IMG/VR virus record: IMGVR_UViG_3300028797_000105
Strand: one strand, 5' to 3'
Source of the DNA: an uncultured virus (IMG/VR IMGVR_UViG_3300028797_000105)
Taxonomy: Duplodnaviria; Heunggongvirae; Uroviricota; Caudoviricetes
DNA length: 64,000 nucleotides
The position numbers and the translations under genes were made by a program. Positions within the stretch are counted from its first letter, which is position 1, and each line of letters starts with the position of its first letter. Below are positions 11,963-21,220 of this stretch, piece after piece. The notes under the pieces are model-generated. The model saw nothing but the letters and a program-made list of their open reading frames with translations, had not been told where the DNA came from and did not search any database.

Positions 11963-12034
11963 TGATGTATGCTGCCAGTCCTATGGTCAGAAACAAACAC
12001 AAGCAAGCAAAGAAAGAAAACTAAATTGAACTAT

Positions 12035-13696
12035 ATGGAAAAATATGTACTTGGTTTTGAAGAGTTTATAAACGAAAATGTTTATTGCAAGCTGGACACT
12101 TTCAGATGGTATTCGCTTGACAAGTTTTTTCATTATTGCTTGAAACGCATAACGAAATATGATGCTGTTCTTGAAAAATACAACAACCGTGATTTTGATT
12201 TCGATTATGCGTACTATAAACAAAACAAGGAGGATTTTGACTATTTCGGTTTTTATGGTGTGAAAACTGATTTTATACAAACTGAACGTGGGGATAAGTT
12301 CGTGTTTGAACTTGATAAAAACCATAGTTTTGTTTTTTATCCTATGTGTGATGAAACGGTTGATGCTAATGCTGCAAGATATAATGCGGAAACGAAACTT
12401 GTTTTAGACCCTAAATATAGTGTTCTTTCTGTCTATGCTGTGTTCAATGGCAAGGCGGTAAAACTGCCGAAGGAATATAATCATTATTTTCTTGCAGATT
12501 ATGTGCTTTCCAAAAGCAGCAATACAAAGGAAGCCGATGAACTTATTAAGGGCATTTCTGATTTTGTCAATAGGTGGGGTTTGGCTTCCGTGTATGCGGA
12601 ACGAACTTCAGAATTTGAAGATGTTGTGACAGCCACACTTGAGGCTGACAATCAGAGAAAAGAGGAAGAACGCATACGATATGAAAAAAGACTTGAAGAT
12701 GACAGAAAGCGTGAAGAAATGCGCAATGCTGGTGTTACTATGAGTGTAACATATAAGGGCAATGAAATATACACACATCAGATTAGTGATATAAACACTT
12801 CTATTGCCAATATCAAATATGCGTTTATGATGAACGCAAAATATTCAATAGAGAACTCTGTTTCGGCTGACGTTCATCCAGATACGTCCGATATGGAAAA
12901 CTTGAAAGGATGCAAGCCGTACAAGCCAGTATATACTCCGAGGAATCTGCCGAAAGACCATTATGAACTCATAGACTATTACAGAACACACGCAGGGGAA
13001 TCTTGCCAGCATTGCGACAAGACACCTATTGTGAATGTTATGGTTATAGAAAATCCGAAAAAAGAGGTGTTTCACGTTGGTAATGAGTGCGTGCGCCATT
13101 TGGTTGATATTCCAGAGGAAGAATTTGAGGAGGAATGGAATGCTCCGTTCAAAGAGGCTTCTAATGTTATGGCAAAGATTAGGTCTGACAAAGAAAAGAA
13201 TTTTGAATGGAAATGGTACACATATAAGGACAAATCGTATTATGTGTTCAGTAAGAAATCTATGTTTGACTATGACATATTTGGCGAAAACTATATGAGC
13301 AACGGCAGGTTTTATTATTTGCCAGAAGATATAAGGGCTACGGATAAAGTTTTGAAACGTGAGCTTGGTTATAAGACTAAAAATGTGTATTTTATGAAGA
13401 AAATGCTTCCGATATATTATGCCAATTCTATTGAGGTTGATATAAATGTCGGTGATTTGATTGATATTGTTTACAACGGAAAGAATGTGAATTTTTCAAA
13501 TTTCACCTATGACGATGTGAACTATAAGATACCGATAGAATATGAAAAGATTGGAAGAAAATACACATATGTCATAAAGAAAAAAGATTTCGCCATAGGT
13601 GATTATTCGCAGAAATTTGAAGATGCTGGCTATGGGCTGCTTAATGCGACATATAAGTTTGGCGATTTGACAATAGAATACAGATGGAACGGATGA
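12035..13696 (+). CDS. Hypothetical protein with CTS-like leader and a CxxC..VGxxC zinc-binding motif
   Basis: MEKYVLGFEEFINE; CQHC...HVGNEC. Confidence 0.7.
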   Translation: MEKYVLGFEEFINENVYCKLDTFRWYSLDKFFHYCLKRITKYDAVLEKYNNRDFDFDYAYYKQNKEDFDYFGFYGVKTDFIQTERGDKFVFELDKNHSFVFYPMCDETVDANAARYNAETKLVLDPKYSVLSVYAVFNGKAVKLPKEYNHYFLADYVLSKSSNTKEADELIKGISDFVNRWGLASVYAERTSEFEDVVTATLEADNQRKEEERIRYEKRLEDDRKREEMRNAGVTMSVTYKGNEIYTHQISDINTSIANIKYAFMMNAKYSIENSVSADVHPDTSDMENLKGCKPYKPVYTPRNLPKDHYELIDYYRTHAGESCQHCDKTPIVNVMVIENPKKEVFHVGNECVRHLVDIPEEEFEEEWNAPFKEASNVMAKIRSDKEKNFEWKWYTYKDKSYYVFSKKSMFDYDIFGENYMSNGRFYYLPEDIRATDKVLKRELGYKTKNVYFMKKMLPIYYANSIEVDINVGDLIDIVYNGKNVNFSNFTYDDVNYKIPIEYEKIGRKYTYVIKKKDFAIGDYSQKFEDAGYGLLNATYKFGDLTIEYRWNG

Positions 13697-14688
13697 AAAT
13701 ACTTGATTCTGAAAAATATATAAGCGAAAAACTTAACATAAAGCCTATTACTAAATCTGTGCTTGCAAAAAAGCGTGGCATTTATTATAAGTATTTTCCA
13801 AAAAACAGAAGTGAGTTGGACGCTTTGGTTGCAAATAGGATAAATGCGGAAGGTTTTAATTGTAATTTAAATGACATTGATGTTTCTGCAATAACTGATA
13901 TGTGCTGGCTTTTCAAAAATTCCAAATTCAACGGCGACATATCGTTGTGGGATGTTAGGAATGTTACGGATATGTCGTATATGTTTGACGGGTCGGCGTT
14001 TAATGGTGATATTTCAATGTGGAATGTTTCCAATGTTACGGATATGTGCGGATTGTTTTCTGATACCAAGTTCAACGGGGACATATCAAGATGGGATGTG
14101 TCAAATGTTGAGTTTATGAGCAGTATGTTCTTTGGTTCTGAATTTAATGGGGATATTTCAAATTGGAATGTCGGAAAAGTCAGAATGATGGAAATGATGT
14201 TCGCTAAATCAAAGTTCAATGGAGATATATCAAGATGGGATGTGTCAAGTTCGCAAAATATGCACTCTATGTTTCAACAGTCAGTGTTTAACGGGGACAT
14301 ATCAAAATGGAATGTCGGGAATGTCGGGATTATGGCAGCAATGTTTTCACAATCGGAATTTAACGGGGACATTTCAAAATGGAATGTTGAGAAAGTTAGG
14401 AATATGATGGGTATGTTCAATGAATCCAAATTTGACGGAGATTTGTCGGAATGGGATGTGTCAAATGTCTGGTATATGCAAAATATGTTTAAGAACTCTG
14501 TTTTTAATGGCGACATTTCAACGTGGGACGTGTCAAATGTTGAAACTATGCGTGATATGTTCAGAGGTTCTAAATTTGACGGCGACTTGTCTTATTGGTA
14601 TGTGAAGAAAGGCTGCGTTAAAGTTGGTATGTTCATTGACAGCCCTTTATATAGAAACAAGAAAAAACAACCGCATTTTGCAAAATGA
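13693..14688 (+). CDS. DUF285/BspA-like surface-repeat protein
   Basis: About 11 x 22-aa FNGDISxW(D/N)VSNVxxMxxMF repeats; ATGA overlap at the start. Confidence 0.85.
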   Translation: MKILDSEKYISEKLNIKPITKSVLAKKRGIYYKYFPKNRSELDALVANRINAEGFNCNLNDIDVSAITDMCWLFKNSKFNGDISLWDVRNVTDMSYMFDGSAFNGDISMWNVSNVTDMCGLFSDTKFNGDISRWDVSNVEFMSSMFFGSEFNGDISNWNVGKVRMMEMMFAKSKFNGDISRWDVSSSQNMHSMFQQSVFNGDISKWNVGNVGIMAAMFSQSEFNGDISKWNVEKVRNMMGMFNESKFDGDLSEWDVSNVWYMQNMFKNSVFNGDISTWDVSNVETMRDMFRGSKFDGDLSYWYVKKGCVKVGMFIDSPLYRNKKKQPHFAK

Positions 14689-15644
14689 GAATACTTGATT
14701 CAGACAGATATATAAATGAAAAACTTGATATACGGCCAGTTTCGAAAGACAGACTTTCCGCTGGACGGAATTTGTATTACAAATATTCGTTTAATGATAA
14801 ACATAAACTTGAGCTGTTTATATATGAACGTATGCAAAGGGAAGGGAACAACTGCGATTTGAATGATATTGATGTGTCTGGCATAAAAAATATGTCATAT
14901 CTATTTTCTGGTGAATGCAAGCTGTTTAATGGTAACATATATTTTTGGGATGTTTCCAATGTTACAAATATGGAGTGTATGTTCCAGTATTCTTCGTTTA
15001 GCGGAGATTTGTCCAGATGGGATGTTTCCAATGTGACAAATATGCGTGATATGTTTTGGTCTTCCGCTTTTAATGGTGATATTTCAAAATGGAATGTATC
15101 AAAGGTTAATAATATGCAAGATATGTTTAGAAAATGTGAGTTTAATGGGGATATTTCTAAATGGGATGTGTCTAATGTAACCAATATGAATGCTATGTTT
15201 ATGCATTCAAAATTCAATGGCGACATATCAAAATGGAATGTGTCAAAAGTAAAGAATATGGATTGTATGTTTAGTCATTCTCGTTTTAATAATGATATAT
15301 CGAATTGGGATGTATCTGGTGTTGATGATATGCGTCATATGTTTGAGCATTCGCTGTTTGACGGCGATATATCGCATTGGGATGTTTCAAATGTAAAATT
15401 TTTTAGTTCTATGTTTGAAAACTCACAATTTAATGGCGATTTATCAGAATGGTGCGTTGAACGTGGCTTTTTATTTAATGATATGTTTAGGCATTCTGTA
15501 TTTAGCGGCAATTTGTCAAAATGGAGAATACGGCGTGATGCTTATATTACTGGTAAAAACTTTAAGAATGGAGATTTTGCAACTGGTATGTTTTATGACT
15601 GTCCAATACAAAATATGAGTAGTAGGCATCCAAAATTTGTTTAA
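14685..15644 (+). CDS. DUF285/BspA-like surface-repeat protein, tandem paralogue
   Basis: Same 22-aa repeat and the same leader. Confidence 0.85.
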   Translation: MRILDSDRYINEKLDIRPVSKDRLSAGRNLYYKYSFNDKHKLELFIYERMQREGNNCDLNDIDVSGIKNMSYLFSGECKLFNGNIYFWDVSNVTNMECMFQYSSFSGDLSRWDVSNVTNMRDMFWSSAFNGDISKWNVSKVNNMQDMFRKCEFNGDISKWDVSNVTNMNAMFMHSKFNGDISKWNVSKVKNMDCMFSHSRFNNDISNWDVSGVDDMRHMFEHSLFDGDISHWDVSNVKFFSSMFENSQFNGDLSEWCVERGFLFNDMFRHSVFSGNLSKWRIRRDAYITGKNFKNGDFATGMFYDCPIQNMSSRHPKFV

Positions 15645-15688
15645 CTTCCAGTTTTTGTTCGTATAAATATACAGATAGACATATTTAA

Positions 15689-18600
15689 ATGGCAGGAAGA
15701 CCAGCGACTATTTCAGATTTGTTCACGCCAATGCAGTCCATACAAACTTGTATGGAGAAAAATGCGGAGGCGGTTGACAGCGGAATCAAAACGCTCAATG
15801 AGAGCGTTCTTGGTTGTGCTTCTTCTATGGGTACTGCATCAAAGGTGTTCAAGAAGTCGGTTGATACTTTCCGTGTGCAGGTTGGTAATTCTTTGAAGTC
15901 TTTTCGTAAGATGAATGAGAAAAGCATTGCCAATGCTGCGGAGGCTGTGTCAAAGGCAATTACTGGTGCTATGGGTGGTGTTGCCGCAGCAAGTGCCGCA
16001 GCAGCATCGGCTTCTGCCGCACCTATGGGTATGATAGCCGAAGGTATGCAGCAGAATGCGATTACAATGACCAATATGTTGAACGAGGTCGTTTCCATAG
16101 GAAAAACTGTAAGTCAAATAAAGAAGTCTGTAAAGAAAAATGCGAAAGGCGTTTCTCCTGCCGCAAAACTTAAAGAGGGTGCTGCACCGAAAAAGGAGGA
16201 AACACCGAAAAAGGAAAAAGGCAGCAAGTTTCAAGGTCTTAAAGATTTGGGTGATGCGGCAAGCGCATTCAAGGACATTTCCTTGAAGGACGCTATTATG
16301 ATGAAAATGAAGGTCAAGCGTGTTCTTGCGGCGGCGAGAGAAATGGAGTATTTTGGTAAGGGGTTTGATGCCAAAAACGCAGAAGCACTTGCGAAGACTT
16401 TGAAAACGCTTGGTGAATCAGCTGCAAGTTTCATAGTTGATTTGGGCAAGGTTATGGTGCTTGCGCCGTTTGCTATGGCAACTGCGGCAATGCTTAAACC
16501 AACAATAAGCCTTGTTGCTTCTGCTGTTGAACCCATTGCGGATGAAGATGTTAATAAATATGATGGTGCTGCTGCAACATTGTATGACCTTGCTGTTGGT
16601 GTATCCAAGTTTGTTGCACGTTTGGCACTTGTTACTCCGTTAGCCCCGATTGCCATAATTGGTGCGGCGTTGTTGAATCCAATAATCACGCTTACGGTAA
16701 AAGCGATTGAACCTATTGCTGACGAGAATTACAGCAAATATGATGGCGCAGCCGACACATTGGATTTGATTGCTGGCAGTTCGTTGAAGTTTACAGCTGC
16801 TATGGCGTTGAACACCATACTTGCACCAATCGCTATGGTCGGTGCTGCGTTGTTTGGCTTGTTGTTGCTTGAAACAAAATTTGTTTTCGGTATAGTTTCC
16901 GATAAGCAAACACAGAAAGATTTGGCCACGGGTTCTGATGTTCTTGAAGGTATGGGTTCGGCCACATTGAAGTTTACGGCTTCTATGGCTTTGAGCGTTA
17001 TATTTGCACCAATCGCTATGGTTGGTGTTGCTTTGAGTGCTCTTGTTGTCGGGGGTAGTGCATCATTGTTTTCTTCGATTGGCGACAAACAGAAAAGTCA
17101 AGATATAAGGCGTGGTGCTTGGACGGTTGAACTTATGTCGCTTGCCATACTCGGCTTTACGCTTTCTATGCTTGCAACCACAATGATACTCCGTTATATG
17201 ATTACTGGCGGAGGCGAGAAAGTTGATTGGATGAATGTTGTTGCCGTAGCATCAATATTGCCAATGTTCGGCGTTATGGTCGGCTCTGCTTTTGTGTTCA
17301 AGAAAATTGGTGATAACTGGGCAGACATAACATTGGGTTCGTTTGCTGTTGCAATTATGAGTGTTGCAACTGTTATGTTTTCTTTGAGTCTGCTCGTGAC
17401 TTATATGATTACGAAGTCGATGGTCGGCGATGTGTTCAGTGATGGCAAATTTGATATGCAGAATGTTGCGGCATTGGCTTGCATTGTGCCAGTGTTTGGG
17501 CTTATGCTTGGTGCTAACGCTGTATATAAACGTTTGGGTAATGAGAAATCCGTAAGAAAGACATTGATGGGAGGCTTGTCAATCATAGTGATGTCAATTA
17601 GCCTCATATCTTTTGCTGGTGCTATGTGGGTGACACACCAGATGACAAAGAATATCATTAAAACTGGAGACAAAACAGATTTGCTTGCACTTGCCCTTGA
17701 TGTTGCCGTGTTTGCATTGATGCTTGGTGGTAATTATGTGTTTCGCAGATTGGGTAAGGAGAGCACCGTAAAGAAAACCATAGCTGGTGGTGTGTCTGTT
17801 ATCGCTATGAGTGTCGGCCTTGTTACGTTTGCTGGAGCAATGTGGGTGACACATCAGATGACAAAGAACATTATAAAGAACGCAAGCGGTGCTGACATTG
17901 GTGCTGTTATCGCAGATGTTGCCGTGTTTGCTTTGATGCTTGGTGGTAATTATATATTCCGCAGACTTGGTAAGGACAAGACAGTTAAGGATTCATTGAA
18001 AGGTTTGGTGAGTATAGCCGCAATGAGTGCTGGTATAATTATGTTTAGCGGTGCTATGTGGGTTTCGCATAAGATTGCCAAGAAGATTGTTGGCGATGCT
18101 GATGCGGCGAGCATAGTTACGACACTTGGCATATTTGCCTTGATGGTAGGTTCTGTATTCATATTTAAGTTTGCTGGTGGTGCATTGGCTGATATTGCGA
18201 AAGGTACTGCTGGTATGATATTGATGGCAGTTGGTATCGGTGCATTCGGCTTCGGATTGAGTTTCTTCACGGATGCCATAAAGGATTGCAAATGGTGGCA
18301 GCTTATCGCTTTGCCTGCATTGGTTCTTGCGTTTGGTGTTGAATTTGCTGCTTTGGGCATTCCTATGGTGGCTGGATTTGTTGCATTGGGTTCTGCTGCT
18401 GTTGCTGCAATGGGTTTGGCTATGATACCGTTTGGATATGGTCTTGGCAAATATGCTGGATATGTTAAAGAGGCTGGGTTGGATTTGAAGACTGTTGGCG
18501 AAATGGCTGGTTTGTTAATGCTGTTCGGCATTGAGTTCTCGTTGCTTGGACCGCTTTCTCCGCTTATTGCTATGGCTGATATTGCTATGGGTATTATGGG

Positions 18601-21214
18601 CGCAACTCTTATAGTGTTTGGTAAAGGTATTGGAAGTTATGCGGATTCTGTAAGGGAAAGCAAGATTGACTGGAAAACGCTCGGTAAAATGGCTGGCTTG
18701 ATTGCGTTGTTTGGCGTTGAGTTTGCGGCCATCGGCCCGCTCTCACCACTGATACTTGCTGCTGATGCTGCCATAGGTATTATGGGTGGTTCATTGTTCC
18801 TTATAGGAAAGGGCGTTGGGGAATATGCTGGTGCTATCAATAAATCAAAAGTCAATGTGAAAACCATTATAACAATGGCTGGTATAATTGGAACATTCGC
18901 TCTTGAATTTAGTGCATTGGCTCTTGTTTCTGGATTTATAGCAACTGGCTCTGCCGCAGCAGCCGCTATGGGTGGTGCTTTGTTGAGTATGGGTAAAGGT
19001 TTGCAGGAATTTGCCGCAGCCAAATTGAACCCAAAATCAATAAAGGTGTTCTCCGAAATGATGATTACACTGCGTGATACTTTTGCTGTTATGGCGGGTA
19101 GCGGCGAGGCAAGCGGTAAGGGTGGTATTCTTGGCTCATTCATAAGGGGTGCTATTGCTACATTTACGCCAAGCGGTGTGGAAAAGGGCATCGCTGTTTC
19201 AAAGAAAATGGGTGAAGCACTTTATAGCATAGCCAAAGGTCTTGTTCAGTTCCAAAATGGTATTGGCGACCAAATTACCGATAAGGAATTTATGAAAAAA
19301 TTTGCTAATTCTGTGGCGACAACGGTATCTTCAATAGCCACTGCGTTTGAAACTGTCGGTAATTCTTGGACTACTAAAAAAGCTCCAGAGACACATACTA
19401 TATTTGGAGATTTGTTCCGTGATATGACTTTAGGATTGTTTGATGACAAAACAAAGAACGCTGTTGAAGAAGGTATCAAGGCTGTTCGTGGTATGGGCGA
19501 TTCGCTTAAAGACATAGCAAACGGACTTAAAGAATATAAAGACCTTGTTCCAAATGAAAAGGATGCTGGTTGGGTTGGCCAAGTTGGTTCTAACATAGCA
19601 TTGATGCTTGATGCGTTGGTTGAACCGTTGAGAAAATTTGGAACTACGGAGGAAGAAGTTAATGTTGCCACAGCACAAGCGTCAAGTATAAATCAAGGTT
19701 TTGGTGCTATTGAAAAGATTTCGGCATCAACGATGAACTATAACAGCAAAAAAGTTGATATCGCTCGTGCTATGGAGAATGTCGGTCAGATTGGAACTTT
19801 GATTTCTGGTATGGCACAAGGTATCAAAACATTTGCTGAAATTGACCCGAAAAAAGACATTGGTAGTGCGTTTGACATAGATGATGACTGGCATTTGACT
19901 GGTAATGGCGGCGGTATGATTGGTAATATCCAGCAAATGCTTTGCGGTTTCTTCCCAGCGTTTATTCTTATGGGTAAGAAGCTGTATGAAACTGGAACGT
20001 TTGATGAAGTTGTTGAAGCCGCTAAATATGAAGACCACTGGTATGGCAGTAGAAAAACGCAAGATGCTAAAACAGAAAAGAAGTCTTATGTCGGTATGGC
20101 TATTGAGGCTGCTTCTGGTATAGGTGGTATTATTAGGGATTTTGCCGAAGGTATGAAAATGATGAATGAGGCATACCCAGATTCATCAAAACTGACAACT
20201 GGTGTCGGTAATGTCATTCGTGCTATTTCTGCTGTGTTTACTGGATTTGGTACAATCGGTTATAAAGTAAAAACTGGTGCTGGCGGAATTGAACCAGTCT
20301 TGCCAAACGGTATGGGAAGTGAGTTTAATTTCGGTATGGTCGATTCAAGGGTTACATACATATTGAGGTCTGACAACTCAAACAGAATAGCGGATTTGAG
20401 TTCTGCAATAACGGAGGCTGTGAAAGGGTTTGGTGAATCTATGAAAACGCTTAAAGACCAAATGCCGACAGCGACCGAGGTTAATAAAAATATGCAGATG
20501 TATATGCTTACACTTATGAACATATCATCATCTGCTCTTGTTATGAGCGACCATACGGCGGCTGACACGGCTTTGATATATGACAATAAGGGCATAACAA
20601 GTTATCAGTTAACCAATTTGAACGCAAATATGTTAAGTCAAGCCAATTCAAACGCCAAAGAAATGAAAAGAGTTATGCGTTATGTTTCTGGTATGTCTAA
20701 AACTGCTGATGGATTGTCTGATACGGCAGGTAAGAAATTTACCACATTTGCTACACAACTGACAAGCGGTATGAACACGCTTGCAGCGGCCAAGAATAAC
20801 ATAACATCCGCAACCGCATTTATGGCCACATTGATAAAGGCAAAGAATAACAATGTGTTTGACAATATAGCAACGAATACTGAACGCATAGCACAAGCGT
20901 TCAACTCAATCAATTCAAATATTATGAAACCATACGCAGAGATGATTGCTGGTATGGGTGAGATGGCCAAACGCACTGGTGCTACAAAGAGCGTTTTGGA
21001 TGATGTGAAAGACCTCATTGTGGAAATGATTGAGAACATAAAAGAACTTGGTAGTGTTAAGGTTGAATACGGGAAGAAACAAGAAACGGTTGAAAGGACT
21101 GACAAAACTGGCGGAGGTGTTCAGAATGTCAAGGTTGATACAACAGTATCGCTTGAAGGTTTGACTGCACAAGCATTAAATAATTTGGCGGCAGCAATAC
21201 GTGAAAAACTTTGA
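15689..21214 (+). CDS. Probable tape measure protein
   Basis: 1841 aa, Ala/Gly-rich helical sequence with a long hydrophobic repeat region; late promoter at 15663. Confidence 0.7.
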   Translation: MAGRPATISDLFTPMQSIQTCMEKNAEAVDSGIKTLNESVLGCASSMGTASKVFKKSVDTFRVQVGNSLKSFRKMNEKSIANAAEAVSKAITGAMGGVAAASAAAASASAAPMGMIAEGMQQNAITMTNMLNEVVSIGKTVSQIKKSVKKNAKGVSPAAKLKEGAAPKKEETPKKEKGSKFQGLKDLGDAASAFKDISLKDAIMMKMKVKRVLAAAREMEYFGKGFDAKNAEALAKTLKTLGESAASFIVDLGKVMVLAPFAMATAAMLKPTISLVASAVEPIADEDVNKYDGAAATLYDLAVGVSKFVARLALVTPLAPIAIIGAALLNPIITLTVKAIEPIADENYSKYDGAADTLDLIAGSSLKFTAAMALNTILAPIAMVGAALFGLLLLETKFVFGIVSDKQTQKDLATGSDVLEGMGSATLKFTASMALSVIFAPIAMVGVALSALVVGGSASLFSSIGDKQKSQDIRRGAWTVELMSLAILGFTLSMLATTMILRYMITGGGEKVDWMNVVAVASILPMFGVMVGSAFVFKKIGDNWADITLGSFAVAIMSVATVMFSLSLLVTYMITKSMVGDVFSDGKFDMQNVAALACIVPVFGLMLGANAVYKRLGNEKSVRKTLMGGLSIIVMSISLISFAGAMWVTHQMTKNIIKTGDKTDLLALALDVAVFALMLGGNYVFRRLGKESTVKKTIAGGVSVIAMSVGLVTFAGAMWVTHQMTKNIIKNASGADIGAVIADVAVFALMLGGNYIFRRLGKDKTVKDSLKGLVSIAAMSAGIIMFSGAMWVSHKIAKKIVGDADAASIVTTLGIFALMVGSVFIFKFAGGALADIAKGTAGMILMAVGIGAFGFGLSFFTDAIKDCKWWQLIALPALVLAFGVEFAALGIPMVAGFVALGSAAVAAMGLAMIPFGYGLGKYAGYVKEAGLDLKTVGEMAGLLMLFGIEFSLLGPLSPLIAMADIAMGIMGATLIVFGKGIGSYADSVRESKIDWKTLGKMAGLIALFGVEFAAIGPLSPLILAADAAIGIMGGSLFLIGKGVGEYAGAINKSKVNVKTIITMAGIIGTFALEFSALALVSGFIATGSAAAAAMGGALLSMGKGLQEFAAAKLNPKSIKVFSEMMITLRDTFAVMAGSGEASGKGGILGSFIRGAIATFTPSGVEKGIAVSKKMGEALYSIAKGLVQFQNGIGDQITDKEFMKKFANSVATTVSSIATAFETVGNSWTTKKAPETHTIFGDLFRDMTLGLFDDKTKNAVEEGIKAVRGMGDSLKDIANGLKEYKDLVPNEKDAGWVGQVGSNIALMLDALVEPLRKFGTTEEEVNVATAQASSINQGFGAIEKISASTMNYNSKKVDIARAMENVGQIGTLISGMAQGIKTFAEIDPKKDIGSAFDIDDDWHLTGNGGGMIGNIQQMLCGFFPAFILMGKKLYETGTFDEVVEAAKYEDHWYGSRKTQDAKTEKKSYVGMAIEAASGIGGIIRDFAEGMKMMNEAYPDSSKLTTGVGNVIRAISAVFTGFGTIGYKVKTGAGGIEPVLPNGMGSEFNFGMVDSRVTYILRSDNSNRIADLSSAITEAVKGFGESMKTLKDQMPTATEVNKNMQMYMLTLMNISSSALVMSDHTAADTALIYDNKGITSYQLTNLNANMLSQANSNAKEMKRVMRYVSGMSKTADGLSDTAGKKFTTFATQLTSGMNTLAAAKNNITSATAFMATLIKAKNNNVFDNIATNTERIAQAFNSINSNIMKPYAEMIAGMGEMAKRTGATKSVLDDVKDLIVEMIENIKELGSVKVEYGKKQETVERTDKTGGGVQNVKVDTTVSLEGLTAQALNNLAAAIREKL

Positions 21215-21220
21215 TAATAA

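Noticed and set aside
13693..15644. Diversity-generating retroelement template/variable pair
   Set aside because: No reverse transcriptase in the window, and the repeats differ at all base types, not only adenines.
15685..21172. Many minus-strand ORFs inside the tape measure gene, and similar ones at 30315-31157, 36881-37590 and 55884-56702
   Set aside because: Antisense shadows of strongly biased coding sequence, with no motifs or expression signals.
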